A stretch of 64,000 nucleotides of DNA from Okamejei kenojei. Its lineage: Eukaryota. Positions 1 through 10,507 of this stretch are shown here, in pieces. Both the position numbers and the translations under genes were made by a program. Below the pieces are notes generated by a model. The model saw only the letters and a program-made list of their open reading frames with translations. It was not told where the DNA came from and made no database searches. Location of the stretch: positions 40,734,001 to 40,798,000 of the forward strand of contig CM069155.1 in the NCBI GenBank assembly GCA_035221665.1, given 5' to 3'. Position 1 is the first letter of the stretch, and every line of letters begins with the position of its first letter.

Positions 1-210
1 CACTCCCTGCACACTAGGGATATTTCTTTTGCAGAGGACAATTAACCTACAAACCTGCATATCTTTGGGATGTGGGAGGAAACAGGAGCACCAGGAGGAA
101 ACCCATGGGGTCACAGGGAGAACATGCAAACTGCACACAGACAGCACTCAAGGTCAGGATCGAACTTGGGTCTCTGACACTGTAGCTCTACCCCGCGCCA
201 CTGTGCCATC
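1..210 (-). mobile_element. tRNA-derived SINE (HE1-like), partial
   Basis: Reverse complement reads ggcacagtggcgcggggtagagc…ccaagttcgatcctgacc…tgtgcagtttgcatgttctccc (A/B boxes plus V-SINE-like core). Confidence 0.75.
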
Positions 211-279
211 CTTGTTATACAGTCATACAGAATGTTAACAGGCCATTTGACCTACCTAGAATGCCCAAATCTATGCTAG

Positions 280-575
280 CCCCTCAAAGCAACCTGCCAC
301 CACCCTCTGCTTCCTTCCATGAAGCCAACTTTGGCTCGTTCTCCCTGGATCTATCGCGATCTAAATCCTACATAACCGCCTACTATGCTGAACATTATCA
401 AAAGCCTTGCTAAAGTCCATATAGATTACATCTATGACTGTGCCCTCATTAACCTTTTGGTCACTTCTTAAAAAAAACGTAATCTGACTCATAAAACATG
501 ACCTCCCACGTACAAAACCATTCTGACTATCCCTAATCATCGTTTTATCCAAATGCAAACATATCTTATCCCTTG
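280..575 (-). mobile_element. CR1 LINE RT fragment
   Basis: Translation RDSQNGFVRGRSC…DVIYMDFSKAFD. Confidence 0.85.
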
Positions 576-585
576 TGGAACCAAG

Positions 586-785
586 GACCTGCAGATGTTG
601 GTTTACAGGAGAAAACACAATGTGCTGGAGTAACTCAATGGGACAGGCAGCATCTCTGGTCAACATGGCTGACGTTTTGGGTGGGGACCTTCAGACTGAA
701 GGAGGGTCCTGACCTGTAACGCCACCCACCCATGTTCTCCAAAGATGCTGCCTGACCCACTGAGTTACTCCAGCATTTTGTATCA
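586..785. mobile_element. Palindromic (head-to-head) short Penelope-tail element
   Basis: tgctggagtaactca…gcagcatctctgg and its reverse complement agatgctgcc…tgagttactccagca meet around 695. Confidence 0.7.
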
Positions 786-1421
786 AGTTTTATATCTTGT
801 CCCTTGTTGAGCACAAAGCCGTAGCCATGTTTGTGTACACGGTGTTAGGAAGTAGATTAGTGTGCGGTTGACCATAATGTGTGTGTGTGAGTGGTGTCAT
901 TTAATGTAAATATCTTTATCCCCTTAATCTCCAGGTAATAATGTTCTGTTCTGAACATGCAAATATGCCAAGTATAGATGACGCAGATAGGAAAATACAA
1001 GGAGGGAGACAGAGCTAAGGTGTAGCTTCAGTCTGTATATAGACACAAGGGAGGGGCAGGGGGAGGATGGTGTGGGCGGGGGGGGGGGGGGGGGGTGGTG
1101 TCTAAAGGAGGGGCACCCTTTCAGTTTAACATTGCTCATACCTGGAGCCACTCCCATAAATCCCTCTCCCTCTCCCCACCAGACTCAGGAGCAGCTTCTT
1201 CCTTCTGTAACCAGACTTCTGAACAATCCTTCCGGCAAGGCACAAAATACTGGAGTAACTCAGTGGGACGGGCAGCATCTCTGGAGAGAAGGAATGGGCC
1301 AAAAGCTCGGGTAGTGTCCGATTTTCCAAAATGTCACAGAGAGAGAGAGAGAGAGAGAGAGAGCACAGTACGAGTGAGTGTGTCAATGAGAGAGCGCACG
1401 ATACAGGAGAGGGTGTAAGGA

Positions 1422-2288
1422 ACAATAGACAATAGGTACAGGAGGAGGCCATTCTGCCCTTCAAGCCAACACCGCCATTCACTGTGATCATGGCTTATCA
1501 TCCACAATCGGGTGGGAGATTGCAACCTTCACGTGGGCCGCCCTGTTTCGACTAATGCAATCAACTCGACGTGCGCAAACAGAAGATCAAATAGAGCAAG
1601 TTGTCCGACAACTTTAGGCTGTGCACGCCACACGGAAGAAGAAGAAGATCAGTGCCCCGTTCCTGCCTCTCCCCATATCCCCTGACTGTGCTATCTGTAA
1701 GAGCTCGATCTAACTCTCTCTTGAAATCATCTGAGGCAGAGAATTCCACAAATAAAAAAGTGTTTACTCATCTCCGTTCTAAATGGTTTATCCCTTATTA
1801 TTAAACTGTGGCCCCTGGTTCTGGACTCGCCCAACATCGGGAACATGTATCCTGCCTCTAACATGTCCAATCCCTTAATAACCTTATATGTTTCAATAAG
1901 ATCAGCCATGATCATATTGAATGGCGGTGCTGGCTCGAATGGCCTCCTCCTGCACCTATTTTCTATGTAAGATCCCCTCTCATCCTTCTAAATTCCAGAG
2001 TATACAAGCATAGCAACTCCATTCTCTCAGCATATGACAGTCCCGCCATCCTGGGAATTAACCTTGTGAACCTACGCTGCACTCCCTCAATGGCAAGAAT
2101 GTCCTTCCTCAAATTTATAGACCAAAACTGCACACAATACTCCAGGTGTGGTCTCACTAGGGCCCTGTACAACTGCAGAAGGATCTCTTTGCTCCTATAT
2201 TCAACTCCTCTTGTTATGAAGGCCAACATGCCATTCGCTTTCTTCACTGCCTGCTGTACCTGCATGCTTACTTTCAGTGACTGATGAT
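1422..2288 (-). mobile_element. CR1 (HER1-like) LINE 3' region, composite
   Basis: QAVKKANGMLAFI…LYRALVRPHLEYCVQFWS…RRMRGDL, plus 3' UTR with ctattgtctattgt tail. Confidence 0.9.
1510..1647 (+). mobile_element. Second copy of the (GAA)n-tailed short element, inserted into a CR1 3' end
   Basis: gggagattgcaaccttcacgtgg…ctttaggctgtgcacgcca…gaagaagaagaag; interrupts CR1 text 'ccacaatc|agt'. Confidence 0.72.
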
Positions 2289-2303
2289 AGAGCACGCAGA
2301 CAG

Positions 2304-2445
2304 NNNNNNNNNNNNNNNNNNNNNNNNNNNNNNNNNNNNNNNNNNNNNNNNNNNNNNNNNNNNNNNNNNNNNNNNNNNNNNNNNNNNNNNNNNNNNNNNN
2401 NNNNNNNNNNNNNNNNNNNNNNNNNNNNNNNNNNNNNNNNNNNNN
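2304..2445. other. Assembly gap (N run)
   Basis: N bases. Confidence 1.
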
Positions 2446-2975
2446 GTTGTGAAAGAACATACTGTACACAGTGTGAGAGAGGTCAGAGAGAGAGCACAGA
2501 CAGTGCATGAGAGGTTGTGTTGCCAGCGGCCTGGGCTAATAATTCACAGACATTTCCAAATTCTGCCTTGGCAGCTGGGGAATATAAAATTCAGTTAATT
2601 AAATAATGTGGAATATGACGGCAGAATCAGTAATGGATGAAGTGTGGGGGGAGGGGGAGAGTATCTCACTCCAGGCCTCTAGTGACGGGATGGCTCACGG
2701 GCCAGTGATGGGACCAGCCTCACGCTTCAGGGATGTTTGGGAATGGACAATGGCTCTGGTGCAGCCCTGGAATAACACTGCAGGACTGGTCTGGGCACTG
2801 ATGGTTCATCTGAGGTCCTGTCACTGAGTGAGCGAGGGGAGATGTCATCTCATCCACAGTAATCGGCCAGTTATGTACTTAATTAAAAACTGCGGATTGC
2901 TGCAAAGCCATAAACAGCGTTTGCCGCCTAAAAATAAAGCGGCTGAGTGGGATCCACATCTGACGAAAACCGCAG

Positions 2976-2976
2976 T

Positions 2977-3027
<51 letters not shown>
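2976..3027. repeat. Poly-G tract (~50 nt)
   Basis: Direct observation; other G runs at ~1078-1095 and ~26020-26057. Confidence 0.9.
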
Positions 3028-3028
<1 letters not shown>

Positions 3029-3929
3029 GGCAACTGGACTCTCGAGTGCGCTGAGCTGCAAGACCTACTCAGCCGTGGCGGTGAGGCCACTCTGCCTACT
3101 CTCTGCTGCCCCACTGCCGGGCTGGCACGGAATGATCCTGGCGGTGTTGGCTGACAGTGATCTCCCAGCTCAGATCCGCGCCTGTACTGAGAAGACTCCG
3201 TGGAAGTTAAACAGAATGGACAGCACAGGACAGATCGCTGCCGCCATCTTAAAGACGTGTAGGTTTGTAGGTTAATCGGCCTGTAATTGCCCTTAGTGTG
3301 TCGGGAGTGGATGAGAGAGTGGGATAATGTAGAACTAGTGAGGACGGGTGATGGATGGTCAGCGTGGCCTCAGTGGGCCGAAGGGCCCTTTCCTTCCTTC
3401 CGTCCTTCCATTCATCCAGTCAATCAATCTCCCTGTGGAGCCAGAAATGGCCACTGTGATAGACACAAAATGCTGGAGTAACTCTGGAGACAGGCAGCAT
3501 TTCTGGAGAGAAGAAATGGGTGACGTTTCTTATCGCGGTGAGTCTGGCTCCAGTTTTGGAGAGGAAAGAGCATGAAGATGATCAACCTTCTGCTGGAGTT
3601 CCTCCCCTGACCTGCCAACAGTTTGGGTGCCCGATCTCAGGGTGTTTACGGCCCACAAGGTCTCTGGTCTCCCCTCCTCCTCTTCTCCCGCAGTGGTCAT
3701 CCATCTGTGCCACCATCAACCCACTGCCAGGGTCATTGGCCAATGCACTGTCTCTAATGAGGAGGGCAAGGTGACCGATGGCAGTGCAGTCAGTGTTCTC
3801 CCCATCTGGCTCTGCAGCAAGGGGCAAGGGGAGGGTCCGTGGAGGCTAATATGTGGGAGTCTTACGCTGGGATCTGCTGCTTGTGGGACAAATGAAATGT
3901 CAGGGACTAGCGGGCAGAGCCTTGAGGGG

Positions 3930-4445
3930 CAAAGTTGAAAGCATTGATGTGGAGTGGGATCTGAAAGTGGCAACACAAGTAGATAGAGTGGTAGAGATGG
4001 GCATATGGTATGCTTGTTGTCATAGGTCATTAAGTATCGGAGTCAGGAAGTCATGATGCAGCTTTATAAAACTTTGACTGAGAGTCAAAATTCAAGAGTG
4101 TTTTATTGTCATACGTCCCGAAACGGAACAATGACATTCTTAATTGCAGCAACACAACAGACATGTAAAGGCTACGTTTGAAGTATTGCTGCAGTTCTGG
4201 TCACCCCATTACAGGAAGGATGTGAAATCTATGGAGACGGTGCAGAGGAGGTTTTCTAGAATGATGCCTGGATTAGAGGACATCAGCTGCAGGGAGAGGT
4301 TGGACATTCTTGGATTGTTTAAGCGTTTGTGTGGCTTTTAGATAGGCACATGGGTACGCAGGGACCAGAGAGATAAGGGTCATGTGCAGGCAGAGGGGAT
4401 TAGTTTAACTTGGCATCATGTTCGGCATGGACACTGTGGGCCAAT
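3930..4445 (+). mobile_element. Degraded CR1 3' fragment with an inserted L2/Rex-type tail
   Basis: QFWSPHYRKDV…VQRRFSRMMPGL. Confidence 0.75.
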
Positions 4446-4505
4446 ACCATTCACACCATCCTGTTGTCGTCGGCCAATGAATGGAGGGGTTCCTATAAAA
4501 AAGAA

Positions 4506-4835
4506 CACAGAGTGCTGGAGTAACTCAGCGGGTCAGGCAGCATCTGTGGAGAACATGGATAGGTGACGTTTCACAGAGTGCTGGAGTAACTCAGCGGGTT
4601 CGGCAGCATCTGTGGAGAACATGGATAGGTGACGTTTCACAGAGTGCTGGAGTAACTCAGTGGGTCAGGCAGCATCTGTGGAGAACATGGATAGGTGACG
4701 TTTCACAGAGTGCTGGAGTAACTCAGCGGGTCAGGCAGCATCTGTGGAGAACATGGATAGGTGACGTTTCACAGAGTGCTGGAGTAACTCAGCGGGTTAG
4801 GCGGCATCTCTGGAGAACGTGGAGAGGTGATGTTT
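4506..4835 (-). repeat. Five tandem copies of a 66-bp Penelope-tail unit
   Basis: Unit cacagagtgctggagtaactcagcgggtcaggcagcatctgtggagaacatggataggtgacgttt starts at 4506, 4572, 4638, 4704, 4770. Confidence 0.95.
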
Positions 4836-6910
4836 CGGTCGGGGCTCTATGGACTGTTTGTGGGAGGGGGGAGGGAGAGAGGTGAGGCCGGACAGAGTGG
4901 GGCAGGTAATAGGCAGACGCAGGCGAGGGGGGGTTTGATAGACAGATGGTTGGAACAAACGCCAGAGATAAAAGCAGAAGGTGCGAGACAGACGTTTGAA
5001 GAGTTTGATTGAGGAGTATAGCCTCCTGTTCTAGGAGGTTGTCGGACTGAGTGGAGGGGAGGCTGAGTCAGGAGGGTGGTCTGGGGCTTCCTCGTCCAGC
5101 TGTTGCACTCAGATAACCTCGCCGGTCCAAGGGGCACTGTCTGCATCCCGCTAGTGTACTCAATGTAGTCATCAAATCACTTGTCAGGATACTAATGTAC
5201 AGCTAATTGTGATTAAGGCATCACTGGCAGTTCATCCGGCGAAGGTGTCCAACTGTGGGATGTGAGAGCTCGCTGTTCACTGAAGTTGTTCTCACGGCTG
5301 CTGCTGCTGTCAGTACGATTAATGATGCCCCTCTCCATGAGCTTCATTCATTCCGTCTGATGGGGGGGGGGGCAAGTGAAACAAAGATATCATAAAAGGG
5401 GCAAATAAATTGTCACCTGCTGTCCTTTCCACAGAGTCCATGCCGGCCACGAGCATCTGTCAACACTAGTTCTGTAACCCCACTTTCTCATCCATTCCCT
5501 ACGCACTAAGGGCAATTTACAGATGCCAATTATCCTACAAACCTGGGGTACACAAAAGGCTGGCGAAACTCAGCGGGTGCAGCAGCATCTAAGGAGCGAA
5601 GGAGATAGGCAACGTTTCGGGTCGAGACCCTTCTTCAGACTGGTCAGGGATCAGGGAAACGAGAGATATAGATGGTGATGTGGAGAGATAAAGAACAATG
5701 AATGAAAGATATGCAAAAAAGTATCGATGATAAAGGGAACAAGCCATTGTAAGCTGTTTGTGGTGTGAAAATGAGAAGCTAGTGCGACTAGGGTGGGGGA
5801 GGGAGATAGAGAGAGAGGGAATGCCAGGGCCCGAGGGCTGAGGGAGAGGTGGGAAGGTGAGGAGACAGCAAGGGTTAACAGAATTGAGAAAATTCAATGT
5901 TCAAGCCAAAGGATGCAGACTCCCTAAGCGGAATATGACGTGCTGTTCCTCCAACTTGCGTGTTGCTCACTCTGGCCGTGGAGGAGGCCCAGGACCGAGA
6001 GGTCAGATACGGAATGGGAGGGGGAGTTGAAGTGCTGAGCCACCGGGAGGTCGGCTTGGTTAATGCGGACCGAGCGGAGGTGTTCGGCGAAACGATCGCC
6101 AAGCCTCCGCTTGGTCTCACCGATATAGATCATCTGGCATCTGGATGCAGTAGATGAGGTTGGAGGAGGTGCAGGTGAACCTCTGTCGGACCTGGAAGGA
6201 CTGCTTGGGTCCCTGAAAGGAGTGGAGGGGGGAGGTGAAGGGACAAGTGTAGCATTTCTTTGCGGTTGCAAGGCAAAGTGCCCAGGGAAGGGGTGGAGCG
6301 GGAGGGAAGGGAAGAATTGACAAGGGAGTTGCGGAGGGAGCGGTCTTTGCGGAAGGCAGACAGGGGGGGAGATGGGAAGATGTGGCGAGTGGAGGGGTCA
6401 CGTTGGAGGTGGCGAAACTGGCGGAGGACTATGTGTTGTATTTGCCGGCTGGTGGGGTGAAAGGTGAGGACTCTGCCCTGTTTGCGAATGGGGGAATGAA
6501 GAGAGAGGGCAGTGTTGCGGGGTATGGAGGAGACCCTGGTGCGAGCCTCATCTATAGTGGGGGAGGGGAATCCCCGTTCTCTGAAGAATGAGGACATTTG
6601 TGATGACCTGGTCTGGAACACCTCATCCTGGGAGCAGATGCGGCGTAGACGGAGGAATTGGGAATAGGCGATGGAGTCCTTACAGGAAGCAGGGTGGGAG
6701 GAAGAGTAGTCCAGGTAGCTGTGGAATGGGAGGGGGAGTTGAAGTGCTGAGCCACCGGGAGGTCGGGTTGGTTAATGCGGACCGAGCGGAGGTGTTCGGC
6801 GAAACGATCGCCAAGCCTCCGCTTGGTCCCACCGATGTAGCTCATCTGGCATCTGGAGCAGCGGATGCAGTAGATGAGGTTGGAGGAGGTGCAGGTGAAC
6901 CAAATGACTC

Positions 6911-7442
6911 CCAACGTGACCCCTCCACTCGCCATACCTTCCCATCTCCCCCCCGTCTGCCTTCCGCAAAGACCGCTCCCTCCGCAACTCTCTTGTCAAT
7001 TCTTCCCTTCCCTCCCGCTCTACCCCTTCCCCGGGCACTTTCCCTTGCAACCGCAAGAAATGCTACACTTGTCCCTTCACCTCCCCCCTCCACTCCTTTC
7101 AGGGACCCAAGCAGTCCTTCCAGGTCCGACAGAGGTTCACCTGCACCTCCTCCAACCTCATCTACTGCATCCAGATGCCAGATGATCTATATCGGTGAGA
7201 CCAAGCGGAGGCTTGGCGATCGTTTCGCCGAACACCTCCGCTCGGTCCGCATTAACCAAGCCGACCTCCCGGTGGCTCAGCACTTCAACTCCCCCTCCCA
7301 TTCCGTATCTGACCTCTCGGTCCTGGGCCTCCTCCACGGCCAGAGTGAGCAACACCGCAAGTTGGAGGAACAGCACGTCATATTCCGCTTGGGGAGTCTG
7401 CATCCTTTGGGCTTGAACATTGAATTTTCTCAATTCTGTTAA
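6911..7442 (+). pseudogene. Frameshifted C-terminal fragment of Penelope ORF (Cys linker + GIY-YIG endonuclease)
   Basis: Translation in ORF 6588..7442 and neighbouring frames; an 8-bp deletion disrupts the IYCIRCSRC motif. Confidence 0.85.
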
Positions 7443-7679
7443 CTCTTGCTGTCTCCTCCCCTTCCCACCTCTCCCTCCGCCCTCGGGTTCCTGGCATTCC
7501 CTCTCTCTCTATCTCCCTCCCCCACCCTAGTCGCACCAGCTTCTCATTTTCACACCACAAACAGCTTACAATGGCTTGTTCCCTTTATCATCGATACTTT
7601 TTTGCATATCTTTCATTCATTGTTCTTTATCTCTCCACATCACCGTCTATATCTCTCGTTTCCCTGATCCCTGACCAGT

Positions 7680-7707
7680 CTGAAGAAGGGTCTCGACCCG
7701 AAACGTC
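7680..7707 (+). ncRNA. Minimal type-I hammerhead ribozyme-like core in Penelope pLTR
   Basis: CTGAAGA + stem II GGGTC-tc-GACCC + GAAAC-GTC (palindromic ACGT mini stem III, GUC triplet). Stem I pairing is only ~2 bp, so activity is uncertain. Mirror copy at 5611-5638 (-). Confidence 0.65.
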
Positions 7708-7892
7708 GCCTATCTCCTTCGCTCCTTAGATGCTGCTGCACCCGCTGAGTTTCTCCAGCCTTTTGCGTACCCTCGATTCTCCAGCATCTGCAGTTCCTTC
7801 TTTAACACTTTACCCTACAAACCTGCATGTGTTTGGGATGCGGGAGGAAATCGGAGCACCCGGAGGAAACCCGCGTGGTCACACGGAGAACG

Positions 7893-8025
7893 GGCTGGGA
7901 GATTGCAACCTTCACGTGGTCCACCCTGTTTCGACTAAGGGAATCAACTCGATGTGCACAAAACAAATAGATCAAATAAGTTGACCCACAACTTTAGGCT
8001 GTGCACGCCATACGCAAGAAGACAA
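7893..8025 (+). mobile_element. Short non-LTR retroelement 3' fragment with (GAA)n-like tail, 8-bp TSD
   Basis: TSD ggagaacg (7885-7892 / 8026-8033); homologous copy at ~1510-1647. Confidence 0.75.
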
Positions 8026-8391
8026 GGAGAACGTGCAAACTCCACACAGACAGCACCAGAGGTCAGGATGGAATCGGGAACTCTGGCACTGTGAGGCAGC
8101 AGCTCTACCGTGGGGCCACAGCGCGCCCCTTAATCCAGTGCCTTGAGTCGTCGCCCAGTGCTGCCCTTTGGTCCAGTTAGTGTTGGTGCATCCTCTCCAA
8201 TGCTATTCATCCTGTCACTCTGCTCCATGTTCCTTGCTACAACCATTTCCTCACTTCACTTCACGTTGTAGTGAGAGCCACATACCCACCAAACCTTGGA
8301 GCAAAAACCCTCCTCAGCTCCTTTGTCTATGATGTTGCAGAGAAGGTTCACCGGGATGCTGCCTGCATGAGAGAGTGTTACCTATAGCTAT

Positions 8392-8663
8392 GCACGGCAG
8401 TGCTGCGGTAACGTTGCTGCCAGAGACTTGCCACAGGCGCTGTCTGTGCGGAGTTTGCAGGTTTTTCCCGTGACCGTGTGGGTTTTCTCCGGGATCTCCG
8501 GTTGTATTCCACATTCCAAAGACACAGGTTTATAGGCTAAATGGCTTGGTCTAGTTGTAAATTGTCCCCAGTGTGTGTGCGATAGTGTTAGTGTGGGGGG
8601 ATAGCTGGTCAGCACGGACTCGGTAGGCTGAAGGGCCTGTACCCACTCTGTATCTCTAAACTA
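8392..8663 (+). mobile_element. HE1-like SINE
   Basis: gcacggcagtg…gtgcggagtttgcagg…ggctgaagggcctgt…gtatctctaaacta. Confidence 0.7.
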
Positions 8664-8884
8664 TGAGGGGTTGGACAAACAAAGATCTGCAGCTGCTGGT
8701 TAATACACAAAAAGACATTGAAGAAGTGGCCCAACGCGAAACACCACTAATCCATGTCCTCCAAAAGATGCTGCCTCACCCGCTGAGTTAGTCCAGCACG
8801 TTGTGTCCTTTTGGACAAGCTTGGATTGTTTTCGCTGGAATGCCGGAGGTTGAGGGGAGGCCTTTTAAAAATTATAAGTTTAAA

Positions 8885-9052
8885 AAAGAACTGCAGATGC
8901 GGGACAATCAAAGGTAGACAAAAATGCTGGAGAAACTCAGCGGGTGAGGCAGCATCTATGGAGCGAAGGTCTCGACCCGAAACGTCACCTATTTCCTTCG
9001 CTCCATAGATGCTGCCTCACCCGCTGAGTTTCTGCAGCATTTTAGTCTACCT
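8885..9052. mobile_element. Palindromic short Penelope-tail element inside a CR1 fragment
   Basis: 8909-8969 is the reverse complement of ~8996-9052; the spacer holds the hammerhead 3' half gtctcgacccgaaacgtc. Confidence 0.75.
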
Positions 9053-10049
9053 AAAATTATGAGAGGCATAGATTGTGTCCCCAATCCCAGGGTGGAAATG
9101 TCAAAGACTGGAAGGCAGAACTTTAAGGTGAGAGGAGCAAAGTTTAAAGGAGAAGTCTTTGGGAGCCCCAAGTGAGGTTTGGAAAGACAGGATGGAGCAC
9201 GGAGCCAACAGCTGATAGCCATCATTAGCCAAGCCTGAAATCACTTCCAGGCATGGGTGTTCACTCACACACTGAGATAGCATTTGGTTTGGGCAACACT
9301 TCAGATGAATCAGGTCCCGAGTGGTGAAGTCTAGACTTTATTGGGGAGGCAGCAGACTAAGAGACACAAGGGATGTTGAGGGTGGGTGGGTGGATAGGAG
9401 GGACTGGAGACTTGGTCCAAAACTGCCAAGAACAGACAGAATAACTTAGCATTCTCACATGGATGGGTGAAGGTCACAGGCTGGTCAGGTGAAAGTGGGA
9501 GGCTGCAGAGCCATTTCCAGCTGCCAAGGAGGAGGGGACCTTGGTGGAACAAACAGCCCAGTCTGGTCCAATGTCTGCATTGAGATTCAAAGAAGATAAC
9601 CAATTTCCAGGCTGAATTGGAGAGACTTTGACTCTTTCAGCAAAACCGGAGCCAAGATCAGCCACAAATAAATTGAAAGGATCTTTCTCATTCCCACATG
9701 CAGACAATCAGTGCCTGCTCCGACACTAACCTCAAGCTGTGAGATAGAAAGAAGAAAGAGCTTCCTCTGGCCGTTCTCACACAAACATTCCTAACGGCGG
9801 CTGCAGGAGGTCAGACCCAGTGGTGACTGCAACTCAGATACCGTTGGCTGCAGCTGAACGTGGGGGACGGGAGCTGTGGATGGAGCATCATCAGGGAGGG
9901 GGGGAGGAAATTGAATGGGGAGGGGGAGGATAGTGGGGGAGGGGTAAGGGGTGGGGTGGTAGTGGATAGGGGGGTAGGGAACAGAGAGTGGGGGACAGGA
10001 GGCGAGAGGGCAAATGATGGGGTTGTACCCTGGTGATAGAAGGGACAGG

Positions 10050-10205
10050 GCAGTGGACAGAGATGGTGGGGGACAGCTGGACAGAGGATGGGGCAGTGGA
10101 CAGAGAGGGGGCAGGAGATGGAGAGGGTGGGGGGCAGGTGGACAGAGGGGGTGGGGAGCAGGTGGACAGAGAGGGTGGGGAGCAGGTGGACAGAGAGGGT
10201 GAGGC
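10050..10205. repeat. G-rich ~24-bp minisatellite (ggtggacagagagggtggggagca)
   Basis: Several degenerate tandem units in a strongly G-skewed region. Confidence 0.75.
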
Positions 10206-10309
10206 AGGTTGCGGGGGGGGGGGGGGTGTCAGTGTCAGGGAGGATACGTTGCCCGGGTGATGGGTCTGGGCCTGGGCGGCGGGGAGAGGCGGGTGGGGGC
10301 GTTGCCATG

Positions 10310-10507
10310 GAGACGGTGGAGGCCGGTTCTCTGGATACTTTCAAGAGAGAGCTAGATAGGGCTCTTAAAGATAGCGGAGTCAGGGGTTATGGGGAGAAGG
10401 CAGGAATGGGGCACTGATTGGGGATGATCAGCCATGATCACATTGAATGGTGGAACTGGCTCAAAGGGCCGAATGGCCCACTCCTGCACCTATTGTCTAT
10501 TGTCTAC
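10310..10507 (+). mobile_element. CR1 3' end
   Basis: VEAGSLDTFKRELDRAL…gatcagccatgatc…ctattgtctattgtcta. Confidence 0.85.

Larger units (their letters stand above)
5546..7809. mobile_element. Penelope-like retroelement (GIY-YIG endonuclease, Cys-rich linker suggests Neptune type), truncated, with ~860-bp inverted arms
   Basis: Arms 5546-~6406 (-) and ~6911-7772 (+) are reverse complements. They encode PCNRKKCYTC…IYIGETKRRLGDRFAEH…VAQHFN…EQHVIFRLGSLHPLGLN. Flanking direct repeat ttatcctacaaacctg (5530-5545) / ttaccctacaaacctg (7810-7825). Confidence 0.9.
5435..8130 (-). mobile_element. HE1-like SINE split by the Penelope and the (GAA)n element
   Basis: Pieces 5435-5545, 7810-7892 and 8026-8130 rejoin into one SINE matching the copies at 1-210 and 52590-52850. 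Confidence 0.8.

Noticed and set aside
2828-3154. Poly-Gly/poly-Pro ORFs over G runs (also ~1072-1314 and ~25839-26126)
   Set aside because: Translation artefacts of homopolymer tracts whose length may itself be a sequencing artefact
4506-4835. CRISPR-like array
   Set aside because: Units are fully repeated with no unique spacers; eukaryotic context; derived from a Penelope tail
6588-7442. 284-aa ORF as an intact gene
   Set aside because: Chimera of antisense and sense Penelope pieces across the inversion junction; only the last ~85 aa are in the endonuclease frame
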